DNA of 64,000 bases from a virus (lineage: Duplodnaviria > Heunggongvirae > Uroviricota > Caudoviricetes). The position numbers were made by a program, and so were the translations under genes. Position 1 is the stretch's first letter. Every line of letters starts with the position of its first letter. Below are positions 9,029 to 18,194 of the stretch, one piece after another. The notes beneath the pieces are model-generated. The model was not told the DNA's origin and made no database searches. It saw only the letters and a program-made list of their open reading frames with translations. The stretch spans positions 32,001 to 96,000 of IMG/VR virus record IMGVR_UViG_3300029935_000001; one strand, 5' to 3'.

Positions 9029-9241
9029 ATGAAAAAGCCAGTCGTGGTACATCGGTTGAGCACCCGGAACGACAGGGCCAACACTGTGCTGGGCCATATC
9101 CGGTGGTGCCGCGCGAGCCTCGGAGTACGAGGAGTAGACTGGGATTTTTTTGCCACTGGCACCACTGTTGAGGTTATGATTTACAACCAGCAAGCCGCTT
9201 CATTTTACGCTTTGAAATTTCCTGCAGCAAAGGCACAATGA
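9029..9241 (+). CDS. small hypothetical protein (paralog family)
   Basis: WCRASLG...DWDF...AASFYALKF. Confidence 0.65.
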   Translation: MKKPVVVHRLSTRNDRANTVLGHIRWCRASLGVRGVDWDFFATGTTVEVMIYNQQAASFYALKFPAAKAQ

Positions 9242-9498
9242 GTTTGGTTACTGCTGCTTGCACAGTTAATTGTACCTTGCCTGCTGTTATGCACAAGCAC
9301 GAGCCGTATGAAGTATTTTTAATTGAGCGACGTATAACTTCGCAGGTAATCGAAACACACGGCGGCGCTATTATTAAGTGGGTGAGTCGCAAAACCCACC
9401 CGGACTATAGCAGTGACCACACATGGATGGTTAGGTGCAACGAAGTTACCTTAACTGCATTGACCCTGGTGTGCAAGAGCGTTACCATCGTAGGATGA
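9238..9498 (+). CDS. small hypothetical protein, paralog of 9500..9760
   Basis: C-terminus CNEVTLTALTLVCKSVTI. Confidence 0.7.
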   Translation: MSLVTAACTVNCTLPAVMHKHEPYEVFLIERRITSQVIETHGGAIIKWVSRKTHPDYSSDHTWMVRCNEVTLTALTLVCKSVTIVG

Positions 9499-9744
9499 TA
9501 TGAGCAAAATTCACGTCGAATGCGAGGTCCAGGCGCAATTGCCTAAGACCAAGACCTCGCGAACTTTTGCGGCACAGTTTAGCGCAGAGCAAGAGCAAAC
9601 CCGCAAAATTATCAACCGAGCCGGCGGTCTGGCAACCACCTGGCTCGGAGGCGACTGGTTTGGTGGCAAAAACTTGCACAAGTGGGCAGTTGTTTGCGAC
9701 GAAGTTGCCCTAACTGCATTGACCCTGGTGTGCAAGAGCGTTAC
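9452..9744 (+). repeat. 34-bp exact direct repeat (9452-9485 and 9711-9744)
   Basis: TAACTGCATTGACCCTGGTGTGCAAGAGCGTTAC occurs twice. Confidence 0.95.
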
Positions 9745-9760
9745 TATAACTGAACGCTAA
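9500..9760 (+). CDS. small hypothetical protein, paralog of 9238..9498
   Basis: C-terminus CDEVALTALTLVCKSVTI. Confidence 0.7.
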   Translation: MSKIHVECEVQAQLPKTKTSRTFAAQFSAEQEQTRKIINRAGGLATTWLGGDWFGGKNLHKWAVVCDEVALTALTLVCKSVTITER

Positions 9761-9810
9761 ATACAGCAGAGTAGAGAGACTACTCACTATCTTATTCTAA
9801 GGAGCTTAGA

Positions 9811-10854
9811 GTGCCAAATAAATCATACGACGCCATCGTCTTCGTTGGCCGTTTTCAACCAGTCCACACGCAACACCTTGCCACCATGCGCCGAGCGCTG
9901 GAGCTCGCAGATCAACTCATTGTTGCTGTTGGGAGCTCTAACCGAGCCCGTAACATTCGCGACCCATGGACTTACGCTGAGCGCGTCTCGTTTATCTCTG
10001 CTAACTTTGCGCCGGAGGATCGTGCTCGCATTCGGTTCATTCCAGTTAAAGACCACCTCTACAATAACACACTGTGGGCAGCGCGGCTTACTGGCAGTAT
10101 CATGCAGGAAGTGGGCGATCGCAAGCGCATTGGCCTAATCGGCGCCGCCAAAGATGAGACCACGTTTTACCTCAACCTGTTCCCCACCTTCGAGCGCATT
10201 GACACACCGCTGGTCGCAGGCATTGACGCTACTCGAATTCGCGAAATTATCTTCGGCTACGGCCGCGGGATCGCCGACACCCAAGTCGGCGCGGTGCTCA
10301 CTGCTGCTACAGTCGAGGCCATTCTCCGGTGGAGCCGCAACAACGGCGAGGAGTTTGCGCGCATCACTCGTGAGCAGCTATTCCTCAGCCAGTACCGCGC
10401 AATGTGGGAAGTAGCCCCGTACCCTCCAACCTTTGTTACCGTTGACGCGGTTGTAACATGCGGCAATCACGTGCTCATGGTCGAGCGCAAAGCTGCGCCG
10501 GGCGAAGGGCTTATGGCGCTACCCGGAGGGTTCATCAACCCGAAAGAAACGCTCGAGGACGCTTGTATCCGCGAGCTACGCGAAGAAACCCGCCTCAAGG
10601 TACCTGCGCCAGTGATCCGCGGCTGTATCAAGAGCTCGCACGTTTTTGACCACCCACTTCGTAGCCTACGTGGCCGCACTATTACGCACGCGTACCACAT
10701 CCAGCTTAACGACACCGAGCTGCCGCGTGTCAAGGGCGGCGACGATGCGGCACGCGCCTTCTGGGTTCCGCTACACGAGATTGTAGAGCGGCAGACCGAG
10801 ATCTACGAAGACCACGCATTTATCATCGAATATTTCACCGGCGTCTCACTGTAA
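9811..10854 (+). CDS. nadM: bifunctional NMN adenylyltransferase / Nudix ADP-ribose hydrolase (NadM-Nudix, NatV-like)
   Basis: VGRFQPVH, GSSN, DATRIRE; Nudix box GGF..ETLEDACIRELREET; GGDDA; EDH. Confidence 0.92.
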   Translation: MPNKSYDAIVFVGRFQPVHTQHLATMRRALELADQLIVAVGSSNRARNIRDPWTYAERVSFISANFAPEDRARIRFIPVKDHLYNNTLWAARLTGSIMQEVGDRKRIGLIGAAKDETTFYLNLFPTFERIDTPLVAGIDATRIREIIFGYGRGIADTQVGAVLTAATVEAILRWSRNNGEEFARITREQLFLSQYRAMWEVAPYPPTFVTVDAVVTCGNHVLMVERKAAPGEGLMALPGGFINPKETLEDACIRELREETRLKVPAPVIRGCIKSSHVFDHPLRSLRGRTITHAYHIQLNDTELPRVKGGDDAARAFWVPLHEIVERQTEIYEDHAFIIEYFTGVSL

Positions 10855-10936
10855 CGGTAAATAGTATTACGCAGCAGGGGTTGCCGCACCTTAAGCCCAC
10901 TCTCCAGATGAGTGGCACACTGATAAGGAGTTTATC

Positions 10937-11647
10937 ATGAGCTTTAGCAAATCCATTCTATTCAACGTTGATTCCTATAAGGTTTCGATGAGCGAGCAGT
11001 ATCCGCCTAACACCACTGGGGTGTATAGCTACATCGAAGCACGAGGCGGACGTTTTGATCACACTGTATTCTTTGGCCTACAGGCATTTATCAAAGAATA
11101 CCTACTCAACCCTATTACCCAAGACGAGATTGATCTCGCTGCCGAACTGTATGCCGAGCACGGCGAGCCTTTTAACCGTGCTGGCTGGGAATACATCCTC
11201 GACCAGCACGGCGGACGTCTACCACTGCGTATCCGCGCAGTGCCCGAGGGCACTGTGGTGCCTATCAAGAACGTGCTTGTCACTGTGGAGAACACTGACC
11301 CAGCCGTTCCGTGGCTCACTACCTGGGCCGAAACCGCGATGCTGCGTGGCGTGTGGTACCCAACTACTGTAGCAACGCAGTCTTGGACTATCAAGCAAAT
11401 CATTCTCGACTACCTGGAGAAGACTGGTGACCCTTCTACTATCGGCTTTAAGCTACACGACTTTGGCGCTCGTGGTGTATCTAGTTGGGAAAGTGCTGGA
11501 ATTGGTGGTGCTGCGCACCTTGTCAACTTTCAAGGCACGGATACTGTTAGCAGCCTACTATTTGCTCGTAATTATTACAGTGCTCGGATGGCAGGATTTA
11601 GCATTCCTGCTAGTGAGCATTCTATTTCTTGCAGTTACGGTAAGTAA
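10937..11647 (+). CDS. nadV: nicotinamide phosphoribosyltransferase, N-terminal fragment
   Basis: DSYK, YIEAR, FFGLQ, WYPTTVAT, HDFGARG, GTDT, SEHS; TAA after SYGK. Confidence 0.9.
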   Translation: MSFSKSILFNVDSYKVSMSEQYPPNTTGVYSYIEARGGRFDHTVFFGLQAFIKEYLLNPITQDEIDLAAELYAEHGEPFNRAGWEYILDQHGGRLPLRIRAVPEGTVVPIKNVLVTVENTDPAVPWLTTWAETAMLRGVWYPTTVATQSWTIKQIILDYLEKTGDPSTIGFKLHDFGARGVSSWESAGIGGAAHLVNFQGTDTVSSLLFARNYYSARMAGFSIPASEHSISCSYGK

Positions 11648-11701
11648 ATATTGTTCTGTGGCAGAAATCGTATAAATGCACCGCGGAGAAGGGTGCGCTA
11701 T

Positions 11702-12844
11702 ATGTTTTATACGATTTACAAAATTACAAACAAAATTACAGGTCAAATTTATATCGGGCAACATATTACTGATGATTTAGATGACGGGTATATGGGGTCA
11801 GGCATAAGAATCACTAACTCTATTGCCAAGTATGGCAAGGATCGTTTTGATAAAGAAATTTTGTTTGTGTTTAACAACTTCGAAGACATGAACAAAAAAG
11901 AGTCGGAGTTGGTAAATGAAGATTTTATCAGGCGCCCAGACACACTTAATGTAGTGTTAGGCGGTACAGGATGGTGTACAAAAGGAACAGTGTCTGTTGA
12001 GAAGTTGTCAAACCCCGGAGTTTTTGTTAGAATACCTGTCGACCATTTTAACCCTGATATTTACAGATACCCAACATCCGACTCGGTGCAAGTTTATCTA
12101 AAAGCAACTGGCGAGAAATTTAGAGTAAGCACAGAGGAATATCAAAACAACAAAAATCTGTACAATGCAGTATCAACTGGCAAGGTATCGGTGAAGTGTA
12201 AAACGACTGGAAAAACATTGTCTATCCCTGTAGACGAATTTGATCCATCCTTTTATGAAAAGGTTTTAGGTGGCATTGTCGTAGAAAAAGATGGAAAACG
12301 ACAGTATGTAACAAAAGATGAATTTATCGCCGGTAATTTTAGTGGCCTGCATGTTGGAAAAATAACCGCATTCGACAAAGAGACTGGAAAGAGAAAACAC
12401 ATAACAAGAGAAGAATACTATAAAAATAAGGATAGATATCTCCCAAATGGGACCGGCACGGCTGTTGTTAAAGATAAGATAACCGGCAAGCGAACAAGAA
12501 TCCCATCCGTGATGATCGACCCATCACTGCACATCGTAGGAACAACCGGTTGGGCTACTGTATACGATATAACAGTGGGTAAATTTTTAAACATCCCAAA
12601 AGGAACGATTGACCGTAGTAAGCATAAGCGAGCTAACGATAAAAAGTTTATTTGTTATAACCCCAACGGATCTATTAGATTTGAATTCTGGGGCAGGAAA
12701 CAAGAGTTCTTGAAGCAATACAACTGTCCTGCTAGTGTCTGGGAAGCTGCGGTGAATAGTAAAACATTTACTTCAGATCGAGTAAAAAGCAAAGAATTTA
12801 ATGGGTGCAGGTTCGTACTCATTGATTGGAAGTCCCGAAGATAG
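11702..12844 (+). mobile_element. free-standing GIY-YIG (Seg-like) homing endonuclease inserted in nadV
   Basis: YTIYKITNKITGQIYIGQH...YMGSG; repeated GKVSV..KTTGK units; AT-rich. Confidence 0.85.
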
Positions 12845-12875
12845 ACTTCGGGCATTTTATTTTAAGGAGATTAAA

Positions 12876-13553
12876 ATGAGCGAAAGACAATATGCGTTGA
12901 ATATGATCGATAAATTTGCGAAACCCGGTGCTATTTTTGCAATGGTAGCAGATTCGTATGATGTTTTTAAGTTTTGTGAAATGTTAGGCTCCGACCCGGA
13001 AATAAAAGCTAAAATTAAAGCGCACGGTGCTACTGGTGGTTTTGTTGTTATTCGCCCCGACTCGGGCGATCCTGTTGAGGTTAACTGTAGATTGATCGAA
13101 ATTCTTGGCAAAAATTTCGGGTACACTGTTAACACAAAAGGGTTCAAAGTTCTCAACTATGTTCGCCTCATCCAAGGCGATGGAGTCAACGAATATACAG
13201 TCCGTGGCATCCTTGAAGCCTTTATGGCCGCCGGATGGAGTGCCGACAACGTGGCGTTTGGTATGGGCGGCGCCTTGCTTGGTGCGCCACAACGCGATGA
13301 CCAAAAATGGGCTATGAAGTGCTCGGCGGCTAAGATCGATGGTGTGTGGGTGCCTGTGCAGAAGGACCCAGTCACCGACTCGGGCAAGCGTAGCAAGGCT
13401 GGACGCGTGACACTGTTCCGAGACCGGGATGGCCAGTACCGCAGCGGTGTTGAAGATTGGGAGCAAGACGCTCTGCAGACGGTGTTTGAAAACGGTCGCC
13501 TGCTAGTTGACGACTCTTTTGACGCGATTCGTGCTCGCAGCAATCAGCGATAA
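12876..13553 (+). CDS. nadV: nicotinamide phosphoribosyltransferase, C-terminal fragment
   Basis: own AAGGAG SD and ATG; VADSYD, IRPDSGDP, IQGDG, FGMGG, RD, AMKCS, KDPVTD..KRSK. Confidence 0.9.
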   Translation: MSERQYALNMIDKFAKPGAIFAMVADSYDVFKFCEMLGSDPEIKAKIKAHGATGGFVVIRPDSGDPVEVNCRLIEILGKNFGYTVNTKGFKVLNYVRLIQGDGVNEYTVRGILEAFMAAGWSADNVAFGMGGALLGAPQRDDQKWAMKCSAAKIDGVWVPVQKDPVTDSGKRSKAGRVTLFRDRDGQYRSGVEDWEQDALQTVFENGRLLVDDSFDAIRARSNQR

Positions 13554-13556
13554 CCG

Positions 13557-13585
13557 TTGACAACGCTCCACTGGACTAGTATAAT
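13557..13585 (+). promoter_or_regulatory. sigma70 early promoter
   Basis: TTGACA-17-TATAAT. Confidence 0.85.
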
Positions 13586-13613
13586 AACAACATACTACGC
13601 AGTGGAGCTAATC

Positions 13614-13832
13614 ATGAATGCCTGGCAGTTCCTTCGAGACCTCGACACAGTGTGTCAATTCCAAACGCGCGAAGGCAAGCGAGTCGGTAAGGCGTCAGCC
13701 TCTGAGCTCAAGCGCTGGCTCCAAAATGGCGCTATGGTAGTGAATGGTGAGAAGGTAGCGTGGGACGAGCCCATGGACTTTCCTATCATTTCTATTGTGC
13801 TGTTCCCCAAGAACCCCATCACTCTTTTCTAA
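13614..13832 (+). CDS. small protein resembling an S4 RNA-binding domain
   Basis: SASELKRWLQNGAMVVNGEKV resembles the S4 alphaL motif; GGAG SD. Confidence 0.55.
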   Translation: MNAWQFLRDLDTVCQFQTREGKRVGKASASELKRWLQNGAMVVNGEKVAWDEPMDFPIISIVLFPKNPITLF

Positions 13833-13845
13833 CAAGGACGTTCCA

Positions 13846-14415
13846 ATGAAATCTTTTATCGCGGTACTCATGTTTGTTTTTGCGTTGCCTGCGTTTGCGC
13901 AGCTCAACTCAAGCAACGTTAATCAAGCTGGGTTTAACCAGCTCACTGAAGAACAAAAGGCGCAGGTGGTCCAGCACGTAGCTACACTAGCAGCGCAACA
14001 AAGCGGTCCACAAGCGGTTGTAGAAAAAGCAAACACATGGGCCCAGGTTGGGCAGGGTCTCGGACAAGGGCTAGTGGCTATGGCCCGCGAAATGGGCGTT
14101 GCTGTTAATGAGTTCGCAGGCACCACTGTGGGAAAAATTGCCACGGTGATGCTGCTATGGCACTATATGGGCAACGATCTTATGCGCCTGGCCGCCGGGT
14201 TCGTAGTCGCTGTAGTCGGACTAGGGTACCTACGTTGGCTGATGAATCATCAGTTTCCAACGGAAATCAGGTATAGCGAGACTGAAAAAAACGTATTTGG
14301 CAATCGTGTTGTAGTTAACCGCAGGCGCGCGAGCGTAAATGCAGAGGCTGCGTTCCTCTATTTCATTGGCGCAGTCGTTGTTATTGGCGCCGCTGCCCTT
14401 ACTGCGTTCGTGTAA
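13846..14415 (+). CDS. membrane protein with signal peptide
   Basis: MKSFIAVLMFVFALPAFA signal plus TM segments. Confidence 0.7.
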   Translation: MKSFIAVLMFVFALPAFAQLNSSNVNQAGFNQLTEEQKAQVVQHVATLAAQQSGPQAVVEKANTWAQVGQGLGQGLVAMAREMGVAVNEFAGTTVGKIATVMLLWHYMGNDLMRLAAGFVVAVVGLGYLRWLMNHQFPTEIRYSETEKNVFGNRVVVNRRRASVNAEAAFLYFIGAVVVIGAAALTAFV

Positions 14416-14711
14416 TGCGCACTGTTGCTATTCTCGAAGATGGCGACACTATTGAGCCTACTGATTGGTGTCGGCCACTTCAACTGACTTCGGGCGGCTA
14501 CTCTGACGGGATTTCGTTTCGAAACTGTTACAGTGGCACGCCTGAAAACAATGTAAAATGGGTTCTGGCCAAGAACATATTAAGCGCAAGCTGGATCGGC
14601 AAGACCGTACATGATCTCGCTGTATGCTTAGGCGAGCGGTACGAGTTTGTGCGTGGCGACGTGCCGCTGCAGCACCGTTTAAACATGAAAGATTACAACA
14701 AACTAGCGTAA
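14415..14711 (+). CDS. hypothetical protein
   Basis: TAATG overlap; ORF track. Confidence 0.65.
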   Translation: MRTVAILEDGDTIEPTDWCRPLQLTSGGYSDGISFRNCYSGTPENNVKWVLAKNILSASWIGKTVHDLAVCLGERYEFVRGDVPLQHRLNMKDYNKLA

Positions 14712-14723
14712 GGAAACCCTCAC

Positions 14724-14975
14724 ATGGCTACGTTTAAAAAAGTTGCGTCCACTTTTCCGATCAACGCTCCGGTGGAGTGGATTGACTCGGCATCTGACAC
14801 TGTTCAAATTGGGCTGGTTGCAGGATACAGCACCAACTCAGTTGACGAGATTTGTGTAGAGGTTCGTCCAACCTCTGTTAAGGCACTCGGCGATCTAACA
14901 ACTGTGCGGGCTCTGAACCCAAACAACCGCATGGTTCAGCTCACTCATGCAGTAACCGGTGATCGACTTTGGTGA
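14724..14975 (+). CDS. hypothetical protein
   Basis: AAGGA SD; ORF track. Confidence 0.65.
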   Translation: MATFKKVASTFPINAPVEWIDSASDTVQIGLVAGYSTNSVDEICVEVRPTSVKALGDLTTVRALNPNNRMVQLTHAVTGDRLW

Positions 14976-14999
14976 CGTTCAATCCGGCATTGTTTTTGG

Positions 15000-15111
15000 T
15001 TGACAAAACTTACATCAACCGTTAAACTATATCTGTTGGTGCAGCAAATTGCAACAAGCACAAAAAAGTTTCAAAAAAGTGGTTGACCAGACAAACACAC
15101 TTCGTTATAAT
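15000..15111 (+). promoter_or_regulatory. tandem sigma70 promoters upstream of MoxR gene
   Basis: TTGACA-17-TAAACT (15000-15028) and TTGACC-17-TATAAT (15083-15111). Confidence 0.75.
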
Positions 15112-15147
15112 TAACACACTTACTAAACAAACACAGGAGTTTCAAAC

Positions 15148-16245
15148 ATGTCGAACGCTGTCGAACACCGCACTGTTACCGCCAAGGGCGCCCGTCAAGC
15201 TATCCTGCGTTGCTTCAAGGCGCAACGTCCGGTGTTCCTCTGGGGCCCTCCGGGCATCGGCAAGTCGGACGTGGTTGCTAGCATTGCTACCGAGCTCGAA
15301 GGCGCGCTGATTGACCTGCGCCTGGGCCAGATGGACCCGACTGACATTCGCGGCGTCCCGTACTTTAACAAGGATCTTGGCGTTATGGATTGGGCGCCGC
15401 CGATCGATCTGCCCACTGAGGAATTCGCTTCCCAGTATCCGGTGGTTGTTCTGTTCCTCGACGAAATGAACTCAGCTGCTCCGGCTGTGCAGGCTGCGGG
15501 CTACCAGCTGATCCTGAACCGTCGCGTGGGTAAGTATCGCCTGCCCGACAACGTGGTGATCGTGGCCGCTGGCAACCGCGAAAGCGACCGCGGCGTGACC
15601 TACCGTATGCCGACTCCGTTGGCCAACCGTTTTGTCCATATCGAAATGCGCCCGGACTTCCAAGCGTGGCAAGATTGGGCAATCGAGCACGGCATTCACA
15701 AGGACGTGGTTGGCTACCTGACCTACGCCAAGAGCGACCTGTACGACTTTGACGCCAAGTCGGCCTCGCGTGCTTTTGCTACGCCGCGTTCCTGGACTTT
15801 TGCCTCGGAACTGCTGTACGATGACAACGCGTCGCACGAGATGCTCACTGACCTGATCTCGGGCACGATTGGCGAGGGCCTGGCGATCAAGTTCATGGCG
15901 CACCGTCGAGTGGCTGCAGACATGCCGAACCCGTCGGACATCCTAGCGGGCAAGGTGAAAGAGCTCAAGGTCAAGGAAATCTCGGCGATGTATTCGCTGG
16001 TGATCTCGATGTGCTACGAGCTCAAGGAAGCGGTCAAGGCCAAAGTCGGCGACAAAGAGTTCCACGAGATGGCAGACAACTTCTTCAAGTTCATGATGGA
16101 CCATTTCGAGACTGAGCTTGTTGTGATGGGCGCGCGTGTTGCGCTGACCAACTACCAGCTCCCGTTTAGCCCGACCAAGCTGAAGAACTTCGATGATTTT
16201 CACAAGCGGTATGGTCGCTATATTCTCGAAGCTGCTAAGGGCTAA
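15148..16245 (+). CDS. MoxR-like AAA+ ATPase
   Basis: Walker A GPPGIGKS, Walker B LFLDE, AAGN, LANRF, TPRSW. Confidence 0.9.
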   Translation: MSNAVEHRTVTAKGARQAILRCFKAQRPVFLWGPPGIGKSDVVASIATELEGALIDLRLGQMDPTDIRGVPYFNKDLGVMDWAPPIDLPTEEFASQYPVVVLFLDEMNSAAPAVQAAGYQLILNRRVGKYRLPDNVVIVAAGNRESDRGVTYRMPTPLANRFVHIEMRPDFQAWQDWAIEHGIHKDVVGYLTYAKSDLYDFDAKSASRAFATPRSWTFASELLYDDNASHEMLTDLISGTIGEGLAIKFMAHRRVAADMPNPSDILAGKVKELKVKEISAMYSLVISMCYELKEAVKAKVGDKEFHEMADNFFKFMMDHFETELVVMGARVALTNYQLPFSPTKLKNFDDFHKRYGRYILEAAKG

Positions 16246-16256
16246 CTAACCCAAAG

Positions 16257-16279
16257 AAACAGGGCTTCGGCCCTGTTTT
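16257..16279 (+). terminator. intrinsic terminator
   Basis: AAACAGGGC-TTCG-GCCCTGTTTT. Confidence 0.85.
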
Positions 16280-16291
16280 GCTATATACAGT

Positions 16292-17986
16292 ATGATAGAC
16301 ACTGCTGCGCTACTAACAAAAACCGGGAAGCTTTCGTCCGAAAAGCTAAAGCAACTCAGTTTAGAAGAAAAAACTTTACTGCTCAACTCAACCGGTGCCC
16401 AATCGCTAAGCGAAGCGGTATATTTGACACACTACCGCACTGTTAAAGCGCAATGCGAGCAGTGCGGGGCTCTAACAGCTTTTAAGAGCTTTTCTGCTGG
16501 GTATCGCAGATTCTGTTCAGCTAAGTGTTCAGCAACCGCAACCTCTACAAAGGCCGCTCGAGAGCAAACTTGCTTAGCTGAATACGGCACGCAATTTGCG
16601 TCGTCTTCGAAGCAGGTCCGTGAGAAAGTGGCAAGAACTCTACAAGATAGGTTTGGAGTCGCACACCATCTACAGCGGGAAGATATTTTACAAAAACGAA
16701 CCGATACTAATATTCAAAGGTACGGTGGGGCTAGTCCCAGGGCCAGTGCGGCAGTCCGCAGAAAAACAGCCGAGACCAATGTCCGCCGATTTGGAGTCGA
16801 AAGTGCTTTCAGCTCGGCTGCGGTCAGAGAGAAAATCAAAGCCACTAACCTAGAAAAATACGGAGTTGACAATCCCGGAAAGTCGCCAGAGATACAAAAG
16901 AAAATACAAGCCACTTTATTAGAAAAGCATGGGGTGAGCCACTGGTTTCAAACAGCTAACGCACACCAAAATCCAGGCTTGCTACTTCTCCGAGACAAAA
17001 ATAGACTAGTTGATCTCTACCCGTTACGCTCAATAACCGAAATTGCAGCCGAACTTAGAGTCAGCGAATCGACGGTTTACAACTACTTAAATCATCATAA
17101 CTTACAAGAAAAGTTTCGATCTTCGTTCGAACAGGAGATTGTTACGTTTCTTGAGTCCCTTGGAGTTTCGAACATAGTGCAGAACTCCAGAAAAGTGATC
17201 CCTCCAAAAGAACTTGATATTTTCTTACCCGATCATAATCTAGCTATTGAATTTAACGGCGTTTACTGGCATCACGACGGACGGTTGCCTGACCCGCTTT
17301 ACCACTATAACAAGTTTAAGGCCTGTGAAGAAAAAGGTATTTTGCTACTGTCTATCTTTAGTTTTGAATGGGAATCTAAGAAAGCTATCTGGAAGGAAAA
17401 AATCAAACACAAACTGGGGCTAGCTAATACTGCAACAGTATATGCCAGAAAAACTCGCATAGTTGCTCTTGCATCAAAAGAGCTCCGAGCTTTTTTAAAC
17501 ACAAATCATATCCAGGGATTTGCTGCGTCGCTGATTCGGTACGGTCTTGAATACCAAGGTAAAATAGTTGCTGTAATGACCTTTTCAGGAAAACGAGCAG
17601 GAATTGGCAGTAAGCAGAGAAAAGAAGGCTGGTATGAACTTGTGCGTTATGCTACTAGTTGCCCTGTTGTTGGCGGTGCGTCAAAGTTGCTTAAGCACTT
17701 TATCAAAACTCATTCTCCAAGCGCAATAACCTCTTACTCTGATAGCAATTATAGCACTGGTGGAATGTATCAAAAACTTGGGTTTAAACAAACAAACGAA
17801 ACCAAATCGAGCTACTCATATTATGACCCTAACACTGGGAAAATATACAACAGGTTTTCGATGACCAAGTTTAAGCTGGTTGAGCAAGGCCACGACCCAA
17901 ATAAAACCGAACGAGAAATCACTGCCGGTCTTGGATACCTACGAGTATGGGACTGCGGCACTCGGACTTGGGAATTGACCTGCTAG
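16292..17986 (+). mobile_element. Hef-like / PD-(D/E)XK putative homing endonuclease
   Basis: Cys-rich N-terminus, TNLEKYGV-type repeats, ELDIFLP..LAIEFNGVYWH, C-terminal domain ending WDCG; AT-rich. Confidence 0.75.
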
Positions 17987-18118
17987 TTTGACTCTGCTAC
18001 TTCAACACCATTCATGTAACTTCTTATCAGGCGTATTTACAGCAAAAGTTAGTGGCCGAGGCCGGTACTGGCACACTTTACAGCTTTTAGCGTTTTAAAT
18101 CGTTTTTGCCCGTTTATA

Positions 18119-18131
18119 AATCAGTGACTTA
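18119..18131 (+). promoter_or_regulatory. possible IHF-binding site
   Basis: AATCAGTGACTTA matches WATCARNNNNTTR with upstream A/T tracts. Confidence 0.35.
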
Positions 18132-18194
18132 CAGCGACCTGAGCCTTCGAAAATCGTCTATTTTTGCGTTGAACGCTAAAGTTGAGAGCACATT

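Noticed and set aside
11648-12875. Group I intron in nadV
   Set aside because: Non-coding flanks are only about 54 and 31 nt, no P3/P7 core is recognisable, and the downstream half has its own SD and ATG.
18069-18085. sigma54 promoter TGGCACACTTTACAGC
   Set aside because: GG-to-GC spacing is 11 nt rather than 10, and TTGC is missing.
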